DNA from: Epithemia pelagica
Lineage: Eukaryota > Protista > Bacillariophyta
Direction of reading: 5' to 3'
NCBI GenBank assembly: GCA_946965045.2
Contig: OX337236.1
Span: 496,001 to 560,000, forward strand
Length of the DNA stretch: 64,000 nucleotides
The notes below the pieces were generated by a model. It searched no databases, had not been told where the DNA came from, and saw nothing but the letters and a program-made list of their open reading frames with translations. Made by a program: the position numbers and the translations under genes. Below are positions 9,537 to 20,409 of the stretch, one piece after another (the stretch's first letter is position 1; the number at the start of each line of letters is the position of its first letter).

Positions 9537-12095
9537 TCAGTCCGTTGGAAGGTATTTTCTCACACAACCGAACGTTTTCTCATACAAGTCCTTTGCATCT
9601 TTCCTATACGTGGATACAAAGGACGGCAACTGGGTGTTCTCGTCATTTTCTTGTTGTTCCTGATGCAATAGCTCATGGTGCATTGCAAACACATCGGCTT
9701 TTTGAAAGGCTTTCTGCGGCTTGGAAGCCATAACAGCCGCATTGATACCAAATTTGTCTTTATGAATGCAAAACATCTTGGGAACCAGCTTTTCTCTCAA
9801 ATCGTCAAGGTTGCTAGACACAGCTTTCTCAAGGGCATTGTCAAAGTTCAATGCGGACAAGCTATCGGTTCCTAGCTTGCCAAGAACATTGTTGTAGCCT
9901 GACCGTCCAACATCCTCCCGATCTTGTCCGACAAGGCACAGGAGCAACAAACCTTTTGTGATACCGGCTGAGTCAAGATTCTTCAATGATTTCGACAGGA
10001 AGTCGTTCGCGTCATCGGGAGACACCTCAGCGTGGTTCTTGACACTCACAAAGATCGGTATGTACTCAACCCTTTCGGACGATGCCTTTGATCGGCAGGG
10101 AACCACCAGATCTACTGCTTCCAGGTTGTTTGGACAGTATATTGCACAAGCCTTGTTGTACAAACTCTCGAGAAATTCCGACCGACCAAGATCGGACAGA
10201 GCAACGGGGAATGTATATCGAAACAATTGAATGAAATTCACTTGACAATTTGATATCGCATCGCCTACTTCTACCTTCGCTAGGCCGTCATCCTCAGTAG
10301 CATCAGCGTTTCTTGCAATCTGTTCCAGATATTTGCCCAGGGCAACTGAAAACGTCTTGTAGTCAGAGTCTGCCTCCTTGCGAAGAATGTATCCGCAAAA
10401 CAACAAGAACAAAGCCGATGCCACTTCGCCGTAGTCCCCCTTGTTGGTCTCACATATACTCTTCGAAAAAAGCTCGCCCATCTTAGCGGACCAAAAGGTC
10501 TTTCTATGCCCCATGATGGCAGGCATACGTCTGCCATACCCTCCATCTTGGATCTCAAAGTCCTTGTCCATGAGCGCCATACAGATTCGGGCGCAAACAG
10601 GGTCTGGCAAGAACGCAAATGTTGCCAAACACGGTAACTGAGACCTATTTGGCGCCTGCTGAAACGATGTCAAGTGAGCGTAGCCTTTGGAGACTAGGCT
10701 TGACACCATGGCAAAAGATGTCTGTCCCATCTGGATGCGAGTTCCCAGTACACTCAGACACGACCCCAGAGGCATTCTCTTGTCTCTGAGAATGATCTTG
10801 TTGGCAATTTCAAAGATCTCGTCATCGCCCAACTTCTTCTCCTTGTGCATTGCTGCGAACAAGGGACGGCCAAATCGAATCATGTTGTCGTATTCACTTG
10901 TGTCACTGCTTTGAGGAGTTTCTGCACCATCGAGGCCCGGGTAGTTTGCAAGACATCCCATCGTTCGGAACATGAAGAACGGGTCAAAGGGTGTTTCCCC
11001 CTTCTCGAAATATCCACCCTTCTGTTCAACAACTCTCGACTCTGACGACTGTGCCTCAACTTCGGGGAACAAATTGGTCAATGACGTGGTTGTACCCGCC
11101 AACACAGCAACAATTCGATACTTCTTTGCGTAAAGAGAATATTCAGGGTCCTCCCGAAGAATCCATCGCAGCACACGAAATAAGTAGCCGTCGTGCTTTA
11201 CCAGGTGTTGTGCTTCATCAAAGAAGAGAATAACCTCGGCCGGATCATTTTCCTCCTGTTCCGGATTGGGATTTGATTTTGAAATTGCCGCGTCGCATTG
11301 ATCGAAAACCATCTTGTGAAACGTATCTTGTGCTTTGTTCAAACCATCTGTTCCGTACAGGATGTCAGGAATGCTGTAAGAGATATCGAATTTATCTGTC
11401 TCTAGGTGGGCGTGGTCCGTCGATGATAGTAAAATAGTCCGGCATGCAATATTCTTCGTCTCAAGTTGTTTCTTCGCCTCAATCATCAGTCTTGATTTGC
11501 CCGTTCCACTAGATTGCACAATTGTCAAGGTCGGCGAAAGATATTTATCACGGATTTCGACATCCTTGTGCCATTGCCTCACGTTCTCCAATTTTTCCAA
11601 GAAGAGTTTTAGGTCTTCGTCGTGAGCAAGGCGCAGGCTGAATCCAAAGTCATAGGGAATCATTCCTAAAGAACCTAAGGGGACGGACTGAATATTGACG
11701 ACATCGCCAGTCTTCAAGAAGTGAGACAAGTCGATCTGCAACCATTCTTGAATTGAATTGAATATATAACTGTCTTCTTTGATATCCCCAATTCGGAATC
11801 CCAAACTGACATTTAAGAACCTCTCTTGACTTTCCGTAAGGTTATCCTTTCTCCACCGTTGTTCATCGTAGTAGTCATTGAAGGATTCATCATCCTTCGG
11901 AACCTTCGGTGGTTTGCAAACATTGGTTTCATGCTTTGGAGGAGATGATTGATCCGGATGAAACTTGATTTCCTCGTCCTTGCTCACCATTCGTCTTCTT
12001 TGTTCGTTGTACGGTGGACGCGCCGAGAATCCAGCGACTCGTTGCAACGACAACGACGGCAGCAGGAGCCGCAGAGGCACCCTGGTCCTCATCAT
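9537..12095 (-). CDS. Crinkler/RHS-type P-loop NTPase fused to a restriction-endonuclease-fold domain (about 852 aa)
   Basis: Walker A IVQSSGTGKSRL and Walker B ILFFDEAQ, followed by VAVLAGTTT and FGRPLF. C-terminal KGDYGEVASALFLL ... AVDLVVP ... FVSVKN resembles a PD-(D/E)xK-type active site. The first ATG is at 12095 (the track starts at an upstream TTG). Confidence 0.75.
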   Translation of the reverse strand: MMRTRVPLRLLLPSLSLQRVAGFSARPPYNEQRRRMVSKDEEIKFHPDQSSPPKHETNVCKPPKVPKDDESFNDYYDEQRWRKDNLTESQERFLNVSLGFRIGDIKEDSYIFNSIQEWLQIDLSHFLKTGDVVNIQSVPLGSLGMIPYDFGFSLRLAHDEDLKLFLEKLENVRQWHKDVEIRDKYLSPTLTIVQSSGTGKSRLMIEAKKQLETKNIACRTILLSSTDHAHLETDKFDISYSIPDILYGTDGLNKAQDTFHKMVFDQCDAAISKSNPNPEQEENDPAEVILFFDEAQHLVKHDGYLFRVLRWILREDPEYSLYAKKYRIVAVLAGTTTSLTNLFPEVEAQSSESRVVEQKGGYFEKGETPFDPFFMFRTMGCLANYPGLDGAETPQSSDTSEYDNMIRFGRPLFAAMHKEKKLGDDEIFEIANKIILRDKRMPLGSCLSVLGTRIQMGQTSFAMVSSLVSKGYAHLTSFQQAPNRSQLPCLATFAFLPDPVCARICMALMDKDFEIQDGGYGRRMPAIMGHRKTFWSAKMGELFSKSICETNKGDYGEVASALFLLFCGYILRKEADSDYKTFSVALGKYLEQIARNADATEDDGLAKVEVGDAISNCQVNFIQLFRYTFPVALSDLGRSEFLESLYNKACAIYCPNNLEAVDLVVPCRSKASSERVEYIPIFVSVKNHAEVSPDDANDFLSKSLKNLDSAGITKGLLLLCLVGQDREDVGRSGYNNVLGKLGTDSLSALNFDNALEKAVSSNLDDLREKLVPKMFCIHKDKFGINAAVMASKPQKAFQKADVFAMHHELLHQEQQENDENTQLPSFVSTYRKDAKDLYEKTFGCVRKYLPTD

Positions 12096-12227
12096 CGTTT
12101 CGCCCGAAAGTGCGACGCCGTTAAGGAATTTTGGGGAGCCGCAAACTCGGACTTTTCCGTAGACCGTGAGTGACGCACAACGCTCGCACGCTTTTGTCAA
12201 AAGTGAAAATGCACCCTTGTTCGAAAC

Positions 12228-12273
12228 ACTGATAATCAGCCCCGGGTGGCGTCTGTTCCACGACCTGAATGCA
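12228..12273. repeat. 46-nt dispersed element, copy 2
   Basis: Ungapped 38/46 identity to 8666-8711; lies about 130 nt upstream of the NTPase ATG. Confidence 0.85.
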
Positions 12274-12600
12274 TGAATGGTATCCTTGATGTACTCGAGT
12301 AGGAGTAAGAAGAAGCATTTGTGGATTTACCGATGTTCGAGAATTCAATCCTCCAAATCAGGCAAGACATGGTGGCCATTCTCCTGTACACCAATTGGCA
12401 TGTTGTTTGTCATCATCCTGTGTGGGTTGGGGTGGGTCTTGGAGAGGGCTCTCTTGTTGTGCATGCATTCGAAAAAAAACCAACGGGTGATACACCACAA
12501 ACGAACTCAAAGCTTGGCCTCGCAGCAGAAATTTGTGTATCCACTCGTGGGCATGCTGGACCGTACACGTGATTCGACTTTGTCGTAGCGAATGTTTCTT

Positions 12601-13459
12601 CTATTTCGCCGTCCATGGCTTGGGGGTAGTCTCCGTGTCGTCCTTGTGTGGGGTGGGTTTCAATGAAGATGAGTGCGAATGGTCATCGTCTACTGCTAGA
12701 ATGCGGTGGAGTAAATCCTGGGCGACCCACTCCATAATGGGTCGTCCGGCGGCATTAATCCAGGCGTAGAACTTGGATTTGGAATTGGCCACGAGCATGG
12801 TATGTCCCAGGGGAAAGAGGACCAGTTGATTCGAGGAGGAGGTGACATGGTCGTGGACTTGTTGCGAGGTATATCCCGTCGCTCGGGGAGTTTCTCCGTA
12901 CTGTACCACTTGTTCCAAAGGGTTGCTGCGATCGGCAGTTTTTAACATATGCAATGTGGGCCAGGGAAGCGTGGGCAGTGTGGATCGAACATCCCAAAAG
13001 AGTTTGCGCCATCCCATGGCATCCAAACGATCGGCCAGTTGTATCGAATTCAAGGTTTCACAATCTGTTCCAGGTGGCTGTGCTTCTGGCCGTGTCTCGA
13101 CAGCGAGGTGCCCCAATGGGTTAGTGGAAGTGGCAAAGGCGCCATCCGTGACAATATAATGCCTGGATTGGGAGTGTGGAGAAACAAAGGCGGCCGTGGC
13201 CGTTGGAACTTGAAAATCGGTTTGATGGGCATTGGCATGGGCCACACGATGTTCGATCCACACTGCCCACAATTGGCCAGGGAAGCGTGGGCAGTGTGGA
13301 TCGAACATCCCAAAAGAGTTTGCGCCATCCCATGGCATCCAAACGATCGGCCAGTTGTATCGAATTCAAGGACGCTCCATCGTCCGCAGAATGAATAAGT
13401 GTGACGATTCGGACATCCAAAAGAATCATCCCAGTATCTATCCAGAGGCTATTCGACAA
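12601..13459 (-). pseudogene. Rearranged gene relic of unknown family
   Basis: The peptide LNSIQLADRLDAMGWRKLFWDVRSTLPTLPWP is encoded twice by an identical 97-bp direct repeat (12959-13055, 13275-13371). A 23-bp inverted repeat (13248-13270 / 13287-13309) sits at the second copy. Confidence 0.5.
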
Positions 13460-13543
13460 ACTGTTCTGTCCGGTACGACCAACGCAGTTGGAACAAGGCC
13501 GGTTTTTTCAGTTTGGTTCAACCGAGTGCCGTATACACGCATT

Positions 13544-15589
13544 TCACTCATTCATGAATGTATGAGAGAGCACATGGCTGCTTCTTCCGGAACCCAGCCA
13601 CGAGTCTACTTCGTTGTTGAATTTGAGTCTTGGAATCGCGTCTCGTTTGTACGTTCCATATTCTTGATTGTCCAGTCGTATGTGTTTGCAAAACGCCTTG
13701 TCGGACGAAACGGCAAGAATATACAAGGACAAGCGATCCATCAAAGACTCTTGCTGTTCCGTGTCGTCCTGCTCGTCCTTGTCATTCCTCTGGCGTTCTT
13801 CTTCTTCTTCTTGTTTCTCTTGAACAAAATGCCACCGGGGCAAGAGACGTTGATACAAGGAGGAGGCAATGTATCGTCCCCGCAATAGAGTCGTTGTTTG
13901 ATGATCCTGGACGGGACGCCATTCGTCGTCCAAGGCAATATATCCCGTTTGATTGTAAAAGCTCACAGTGGGGACCAAATTCTGTGCCAGGCTGAGTGTC
14001 AAGATATTGGGATATTCGCCCAACAAGGCCGCCAACGACTCCTGTGGTTGTTGGTTTGTAGGAGCCACAGTATCGAGCAATGGCGTCATTGCCTCCGACG
14101 ACTGGTCCGCAGGATGGACGCCACCAAAGTGTTCCTTGGTTGGAACCTGGCTGGACACACCCCAGACGCGGGCTAGAAACTCGATCGTAGGAATCAAATT
14201 GTCTTGTAGACTGAGCGACACTGTGGAGGGAGCTCGTTTCAAGACACGCGAGGCCAGTGTCGCACCCTTGTCGTCGCCGTTTGGTTCTTCTTGATTGTCG
14301 TGTTGACGGGATCTGCGAATTGCATTGAGATAGGAAACCTTGGAGTGGAGATTGGACAGGGAGAGACCCAGAATTTGCGAATGCGCCAGGATGCACTGTT
14401 TGAGCGACAAGACTGTCGCATCCTTATTTCCATCCACAGACAGCACTTGTTCCAAATAATCCAAGGTGGGAGCCAAATTCTCTTGGACGGACAATCCCAG
14501 GATGGTCGCACTGCTGCTGCTTTGCAATAAGTGTGCCACGTCGGTCGGTTCCAATTGACACCGTGTTTGCAAAAATTCAATGCGGGGTTGGATATTGGAT
14601 TCCAAGGACAATTGTAAGACATGAGGATTTTTCAAAATCAAACTTTTGAGTGTTTGTGTAATCCTTTGGTGCACTGTGGCAGGGTCGTCGTCGTCGTCGT
14701 CCTTCTGGTTGGACAGCGACGCCCTTTGTATTCCAGCCGTTAACAAGTCTCGAAAATACGACACGGTCGACAGGACCTTGTAGAGGGGCAATTGAAAGAC
14801 AAAGGATCCGGTCGTGCGTTGTAATTTGGCAATTTCGGAAGGTGTCATTTGCAGTTCGGTCGACAAGTAAACTTGCATGAGTTCCAGATCGTCCTTGGAG
14901 GTATATCCAATGCCTCGCGTCAACAAGAGTTCGGGTTTGCGGTGCAAGGCGGTGTGGAGCAATTCGGTCGAATACAAGCCTTGCAAAAAGTGAAGTGTCG
15001 GTTCCAAATGCGTCGATACGGATCGACGAAAAATTCGTGGTGTGCATTGGACAATGTGACGGACCAATTCCATGTCGCCAACGTTGGTCACCAAAAATGC
15101 CAGAACGTCGTGTACCTGCTGGACGGTCAGTTTCTTGGTATCGTCACATCGAGTACCACGGTAAATATAATTGTGCAGGCGCTTCCACTCGGAACCTTGT
15201 TGTGTCGATCCAACATAGTTTTCAATAGTAGCAATCAGAGTGCGACGAAGGATCCTGTCCTCATTGTTGCTTTTGTGGTTGGTACGTTCAGCTGTTGTTG
15301 TTGTCACAGTCGGGGACGTTGTTTCAATGGCATCGTTGCTACTGTCACTTGTTTTTCGTGCCATGGATAACGAGAAAAATCCCTGTCGACCACAACAACC
15401 GCCGAACCAATCGTTTGGTGGATGACGGTTGATATTCGTAGGCCGACCATAATGATGGAACGAAGGATACGGGACGACGCTATTCCATCCATGCGAGTTT
15501 TGGAACGTCCCTCCAATCAATAACACCACCACAACCGAGAGCCTCCGCTGCCACTCCAACATGGTGATTTTCATTACACCAAGACTCAT
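13544..15589 (-). CDS. mTERF-repeat protein, probably plastid-targeted
   Basis: Repeated mTERF units (TPRIFRRSVSTHLEPTLHFL; NPHVLQLSLESNIQPRIEFL; ILGLSVQENLAPTLDYL; YPNILTLSLAQNLVPTVSFY). Hydrophobic signal peptide ending SHG-W. Confidence 0.85.
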   Translation of the reverse strand: MSLGVMKITMLEWQRRLSVVVVLLIGGTFQNSHGWNSVVPYPSFHHYGRPTNINRHPPNDWFGGCCGRQGFFSLSMARKTSDSSNDAIETTSPTVTTTTAERTNHKSNNEDRILRRTLIATIENYVGSTQQGSEWKRLHNYIYRGTRCDDTKKLTVQQVHDVLAFLVTNVGDMELVRHIVQCTPRIFRRSVSTHLEPTLHFLQGLYSTELLHTALHRKPELLLTRGIGYTSKDDLELMQVYLSTELQMTPSEIAKLQRTTGSFVFQLPLYKVLSTVSYFRDLLTAGIQRASLSNQKDDDDDDPATVHQRITQTLKSLILKNPHVLQLSLESNIQPRIEFLQTRCQLEPTDVAHLLQSSSSATILGLSVQENLAPTLDYLEQVLSVDGNKDATVLSLKQCILAHSQILGLSLSNLHSKVSYLNAIRRSRQHDNQEEPNGDDKGATLASRVLKRAPSTVSLSLQDNLIPTIEFLARVWGVSSQVPTKEHFGGVHPADQSSEAMTPLLDTVAPTNQQPQESLAALLGEYPNILTLSLAQNLVPTVSFYNQTGYIALDDEWRPVQDHQTTTLLRGRYIASSLYQRLLPRWHFVQEKQEEEEERQRNDKDEQDDTEQQESLMDRLSLYILAVSSDKAFCKHIRLDNQEYGTYKRDAIPRLKFNNEVDSWLGSGRSSHVLSHTFMNE

Positions 15590-16042
15590 AGGGCAGCAAG
15601 AGCTCGTTCTCCGCTGCTCACGACATGGTCCTCTCTTTGTTTGTGCACATGTTTTTTTTCATGTGTCCATCGGCATTTGGGAATTTTAAAAGAGATTTTC
15701 CATGTTCATCTACTCTCTATATTTCTGTAACGAAGGTTTTTATTCCAATACTATTGTTTGAAATTATTACTAGCTGAGGAGTTCTATTGTAGTGACGTCA
15801 TTTTCTTTTTTCCAGTTCATGTTTTTGGCAAGGTAGCTAGCTATCTATTATAGCAGCCTCTCTTCTGTGAAGAAGAGAAGAGAGGGAATCGATGGACGAA
15901 ACGGGGTGAATCCTGCATCCTACTCCTCCTGACGGGGAAAAAGGGTTTGGACCACACTCTTGGTCCATTCTTGTTGTTTGTTTGGTTTGCCTGCCCTCTC
16001 TAGCTCTATAGTAATAGGAGAAGGGAGGGTTGTAATCCATCC

Positions 16043-17392
16043 TCATGGTTCCGTGGACGACGACGAGGATGGTTGTGCTTGTGGTGTTGTCTGTTGTCGA
16101 GGATACAAGGAGACTTGTGCATCGGCCTTGAGACCGAGTCGAATGGTGTAGAGTTGATCGACGGCGGCATTGACTTGATAACATCCGGAAAAGGGTCGGA
16201 GTAAATCATAAAAGACGGCAAAACAAGCCACAAAGGTTCCCACCAACATGCTCCACAAAATTTTGAGTTGGACGGCATTGAGAAAGACAAGCAATTCTTG
16301 TTTGCCTTCAATCAAAAAGCCGGTACAGTCACCCGACGCCAAAATGGCCAAAATGGCATAATGCAAGGGGGGATAAGTACTTTGGAGGGCCGTCAAACGT
16401 TTGTGACGACATTCGCGCAAGCGCGTAATGGCTTGAAAGGATTGATCGAGCAAGGGAATGGGCAAGGCCTCGTCGGCTGTGGCTTGTGCCAAGGCACGTT
16501 GGACTCCATTCAATTCACTGTCCATACTACCCCGTTGCGCGGACGGCAAATCGTTTTGAAAGAGCGTCGTCCACGAAGAAGAAACGGGAGAACACAGAAA
16601 GGAGGATTCCGGTTGACTTTCGGCAATGATGCGACTGGTATATTGAATCATGTATTGGCGACAAGTGGTTTGCAAGGGCATGGCATTGGGATATGCCGAC
16701 AATAGGTATTCCAAGGCTCGCAATTCTCCCGCTTCGGCATTGATGCTTTGTCGAATTTGGACTTGTCGATCGCGAAGGGTAATGACGGTGGTGGAGGTGA
16801 GGGTGGCAAACAGGACGGAAATGGCGGGCAAGACAATGCCATTGATGGTGGGTGTAATAATTTTGGCTTGATAGGCTCCACCATCGACCGCGACCCAATT
16901 GTTTTGGGCCAAGAATTCAACAAAGGCCCCAAAGGCATTGGACACCAGATCGTACGAGCCAAAGGCCAAGACGGGAGCCACAAAGGGCAAGAGAATTTCC
17001 ACAATGGCTTCCCGGTCAATCGTGTTGCGTCGTTCGTAATAATCGGGAGAAAAGAGAAAATAAGGGTCGCCTTCCATGATGGAGTAATGATCCCAATCAG
17101 TTCTCTCATTGCCAAAGTCGATCAATGAGCGATCGTCGTGGCCCTCCTCCTCCAAGGCAACAATCAGTTGTCTCTTGTTTTCGGTTTTGGTGGTTGGTGC
17201 AGGAGCTTCCACAACACCGCGGTCCAACGTAGGACGAGACGGTGGACGCGTCGAGAATCCATGGACCCTGGTTCGAGTTTGCGACAACGCCAACAACAGA
17301 AGTACCATTGTCATGGTCGTTGTAGTCGATACAGTCGTTCGGGACCGGCATCTTTTGCGACGCGCCATTGTAGTTTCATTCATCATCGCCAT
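16043..17392 (-). CDS. DUF4239/bestrophin-like membrane protein, probably plastid-targeted (start at ATG 17392 or 17314)
   Basis: TM hairpin NGIVLPAISVLFATL...LRDRQVQIRQSINAEAGEL; later RLTALQSTYPPLHYAILAIL and YDLLRPFSGCYQV. Signal MTMVLLLLALSQ...VHG-FS. Confidence 0.65.
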   Translation of the reverse strand: MAMMNETTMARRKRCRSRTTVSTTTTMTMVLLLLALSQTRTRVHGFSTRPPSRPTLDRGVVEAPAPTTKTENKRQLIVALEEEGHDDRSLIDFGNERTDWDHYSIMEGDPYFLFSPDYYERRNTIDREAIVEILLPFVAPVLAFGSYDLVSNAFGAFVEFLAQNNWVAVDGGAYQAKIITPTINGIVLPAISVLFATLTSTTVITLRDRQVQIRQSINAEAGELRALEYLLSAYPNAMPLQTTCRQYMIQYTSRIIAESQPESSFLCSPVSSSWTTLFQNDLPSAQRGSMDSELNGVQRALAQATADEALPIPLLDQSFQAITRLRECRHKRLTALQSTYPPLHYAILAILASGDCTGFLIEGKQELLVFLNAVQLKILWSMLVGTFVACFAVFYDLLRPFSGCYQVNAAVDQLYTIRLGLKADAQVSLYPRQQTTPQAQPSSSSSTEP

Positions 17393-18520
17393 GAAGAACA
17401 AGAACTCTTCCGTCTCATTCACTTGGGTTGAAAATTGACCATCTTTGGCGTGTCGAACGTCTCGGAACCATCTCTTGAGAATCTGTCGAATGTCGACACA
17501 ACAAACATCAGACCAATGGTGATGTGTCGACGAAAGTCGACTCTTCCCCCACGTTTCCAGACGTGTTTGACATTTTCACACTATCAAGCGTTATGTAATT
17601 GAGATTATTTAGATTGTTATTGATCACGAACTGTTCAAGACGCTGGAAAACATTCCTTATCCGCATGACGTGTGTCAGAACTCAATGACGGCAGGCATCC
17701 GATCCAATACCCCCCCAAAAGCTTGAACCATGTCCAACAACGAAACAGGCGGATCGAATTCCAGCACCACCATGGGTCGTTCTGTTCTGACAGTCTCCTT
17801 CGAAGCATCCCCAGCACGAGAGACAGGCTCTCTTTTGTTGGTCCTGTTCCTTCTAGGTAGTTGACAAAAATCATGTGGATGAGATCGACATGAGCGCTCG
17901 TGTTGAATCATTCCATCCCACGCACTGCCAACCAATCAACCATTCTGCCGAGGAGGACTGCGATTCCGTGCACATGGAAAGAGGAGCGGACCGGAAGTGG
18001 TCGTAGAGCTCTCATGGAACAACGAGTCATTGCTACACTGGGGTTTGCTTGGAAAGTAGCTACTCCTCGAGAGAAAGATCGGACACTAGACTTTTCTTCT
18101 TCAGTCCGGTGTTCCTGCTGAATACATGGATAGCAGTGCATCGATCGTCGTATAGAGCTCGCATTGGATGACTTGGTTGATCAATGCACGAGAATTGAAA
18201 GGCACTTGTATTACTCCTATTATTTGTTCCAATTGATACTCCTTCCTCTAGCTATGGCATGTCGTTTCGCTATTGCTATGTGGATCGTGATTGAAACGCG
18301 ACCGGACTGGGGTCGCAAAAAGAGAACAGACGAAGAATCATCTCATGTTCGGTTCGCTTTTTGATCTTTCTGTCTTTGCGCCATGGCCATGAGGAAAGAA
18401 GCCGTTGGAGTTGAACTGAGACTGCAATAGTTCTTCTTATTTCTTGACGAAGCAGTTCCAGTCATTGCTTGCTCCTTCCCGTCCTCTTGCATTGAGTGTC
18501 AGTCATTCCAAATCATCATC

Positions 18521-20409
18521 ATGGTTGAGTTCTCCACAAAATCGGATGCATTGAATGAGTCCGAGTTGCTCAGCAATGCCTTGTTGCATTTGGACTTTTT
18601 GCGCAAGATTCATAAAACCGGTGTCACCTTGCAAACGCTTTCCTCCAAGTTAGTCGATCGATATCTCAAGGTGTGGCTTCCTCTCGTGGCCAACAGCAAT
18701 GCTACGAACAATGTGGACGACGATACGATTCAGTTCATCCCTCCGTCGGATGTGGCATGGTTGTGGCATTGTCATCGGTTGGCTCCCTTGCGATATCAAG
18801 CCTACTGCAACAAGGAGTTTGGCAAGATTGTCGAGGCTCCAGAACCCTTTTGTTTTCAACACGACACTGACCAACAAGGCACAGAAGAGATTTTGACCCA
18901 AAAATCATGGGATCTGAATTACCCCGACCAGCCTTTTTTCCTCCAGGAAACAAAGGACGATGGAGGAGAAAAAGAAGACAAGAACAGAGACGTGCAAGAA
19001 GTGGACGGTTTTGATTTGTTGGGAAGTGCGACACGTCAATCCATGTTTCTGTGGCAAGTGTCGCAGCCTCGTTTCGAAGATGTAGCCTTTCTCCAAGAGG
19101 GCGTAGAAAAGTATGCTCAGTTTCTCGCCTTGGAATCAGAAAGTACTAAATTTTTGCTGGTTCCGACTTACCAGATTGATATTATTTGGCACACTCATAT
19201 TCTTTCATCCATTACCAACTACTTGAAGGACTGTCAAAAGATTCGAGGAAAGGTCTTTGACCATGACGATTCGTTGGATGATCGTACACCGGGTGCTTCG
19301 TTGGAGGTTTCGTTTCAACAAACGTGTCGTTTGTGGAAAAAGGTGTATGGAGAGGAGTATTTTGTGCAAGGAGGCATGTTTCGTGGCAATCCTCCACCCG
19401 AGTTTTTTGAACCCACGTGGGATGCGGGAGCATCGCAAACTGTCCAGGAAGTATCCAGTGCCATGGAGGGCACATTGAAACATCCAACGAAGGAAGAAGA
19501 TACGACCAGCAAAACCTCGGGGGCCGACGCAGAGAATATGGCACCATGGAAAGCGCCCGACGAGACGGAGAAAACATTTATTCCAGCATTTCCGAGAAGC
19601 CCCGTCAAAGGATTCAATGCAAACCCAATGGTCTCGGGCTATGTGTTTGGGAAAGGACCCAAGGGTGTGGGTTATTATTCGTTGGAGACCAAAGAATCCT
19701 TTGATATCCTTCACAAACGACTCAAGAAGCGCGAACGAAAACTTTCCACAGAATTGATGCTGTCGAAATGTTGCTTGTGTTGCGTTTCGTCTAAAACAAC
19801 AAAAAAAAAGAAGAACTGGTCAAGACTGTGGAACTGATTGCCTATATTGAAGCTCGACAAAAGTCGAAAGGTCCCAAAGTTCCCTTGTCGGATGACTCGG
19901 TCAAGAAACTTCGAAACAAGGGACTCACACGATACAATTTGGAGGAACACAGTCCGTATGTTACCGGATATTGGATGCATCGTGGACATTATTATGGTAT
20001 GGGAGGAACCACCCTAGATGCAGCGACCAGTGCCGAGGGAGTCAACGATGCAGGATTGATTGGAGAGACGAGTGCTGGTGGATGTGACGCCATTGTGAAT
20101 GACGCATGTGGTGCGGCTGCGTGTGGATCAGGGACATGGTAGGTGCCGTACTTGTGTCTGAGGGAGGAGTTTGAAGGATGAACTGGATTCGTGGCTGAAT
20201 GTTCCAACCGTGCATGGTTTTTCGTTCTTGTGTGTTGTGTGCCCTTGTACAGCGATACAGGCGTCTTTGGAGGCTTTGGTGGTGGAGGCTGTGGGGGCGG
20301 CGGTTGTGGTGGAGGTGGCTGTGGCGGCGGCGGTTGTGGTGGTGGAGGAGGTGGATGCGGCGGCGGTGGTGGTGGATGTGGAGGAGGAGGAGGAGGCTGT
20401 GGTGGCTAA
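18521..20409 (+). CDS. Glycine-rich domain-containing protein (GRDP/DUF1399 family); one frameshift in the A-run at 19801-19809 and an intron at 20139-20252
   Basis: PPSDVAWLWHCHRLAPLRY, LVPTYQIDIIWHTHIL and DHDDSLDDR are GRDP motifs. One extra A joins the frame to 19828-20138. A GTAGGT...TACAG intron joins TG|C in frame to a (GGGGC)n tail ending TAA at 20409. Confidence 0.85.

Noticed and set aside
15793-15800. TGACGTCA bZIP/aureochrome-type palindromes (also 20668-20675)
   Set aside because: Two copies are near chance expectation, and one lies between convergent 3' ends.
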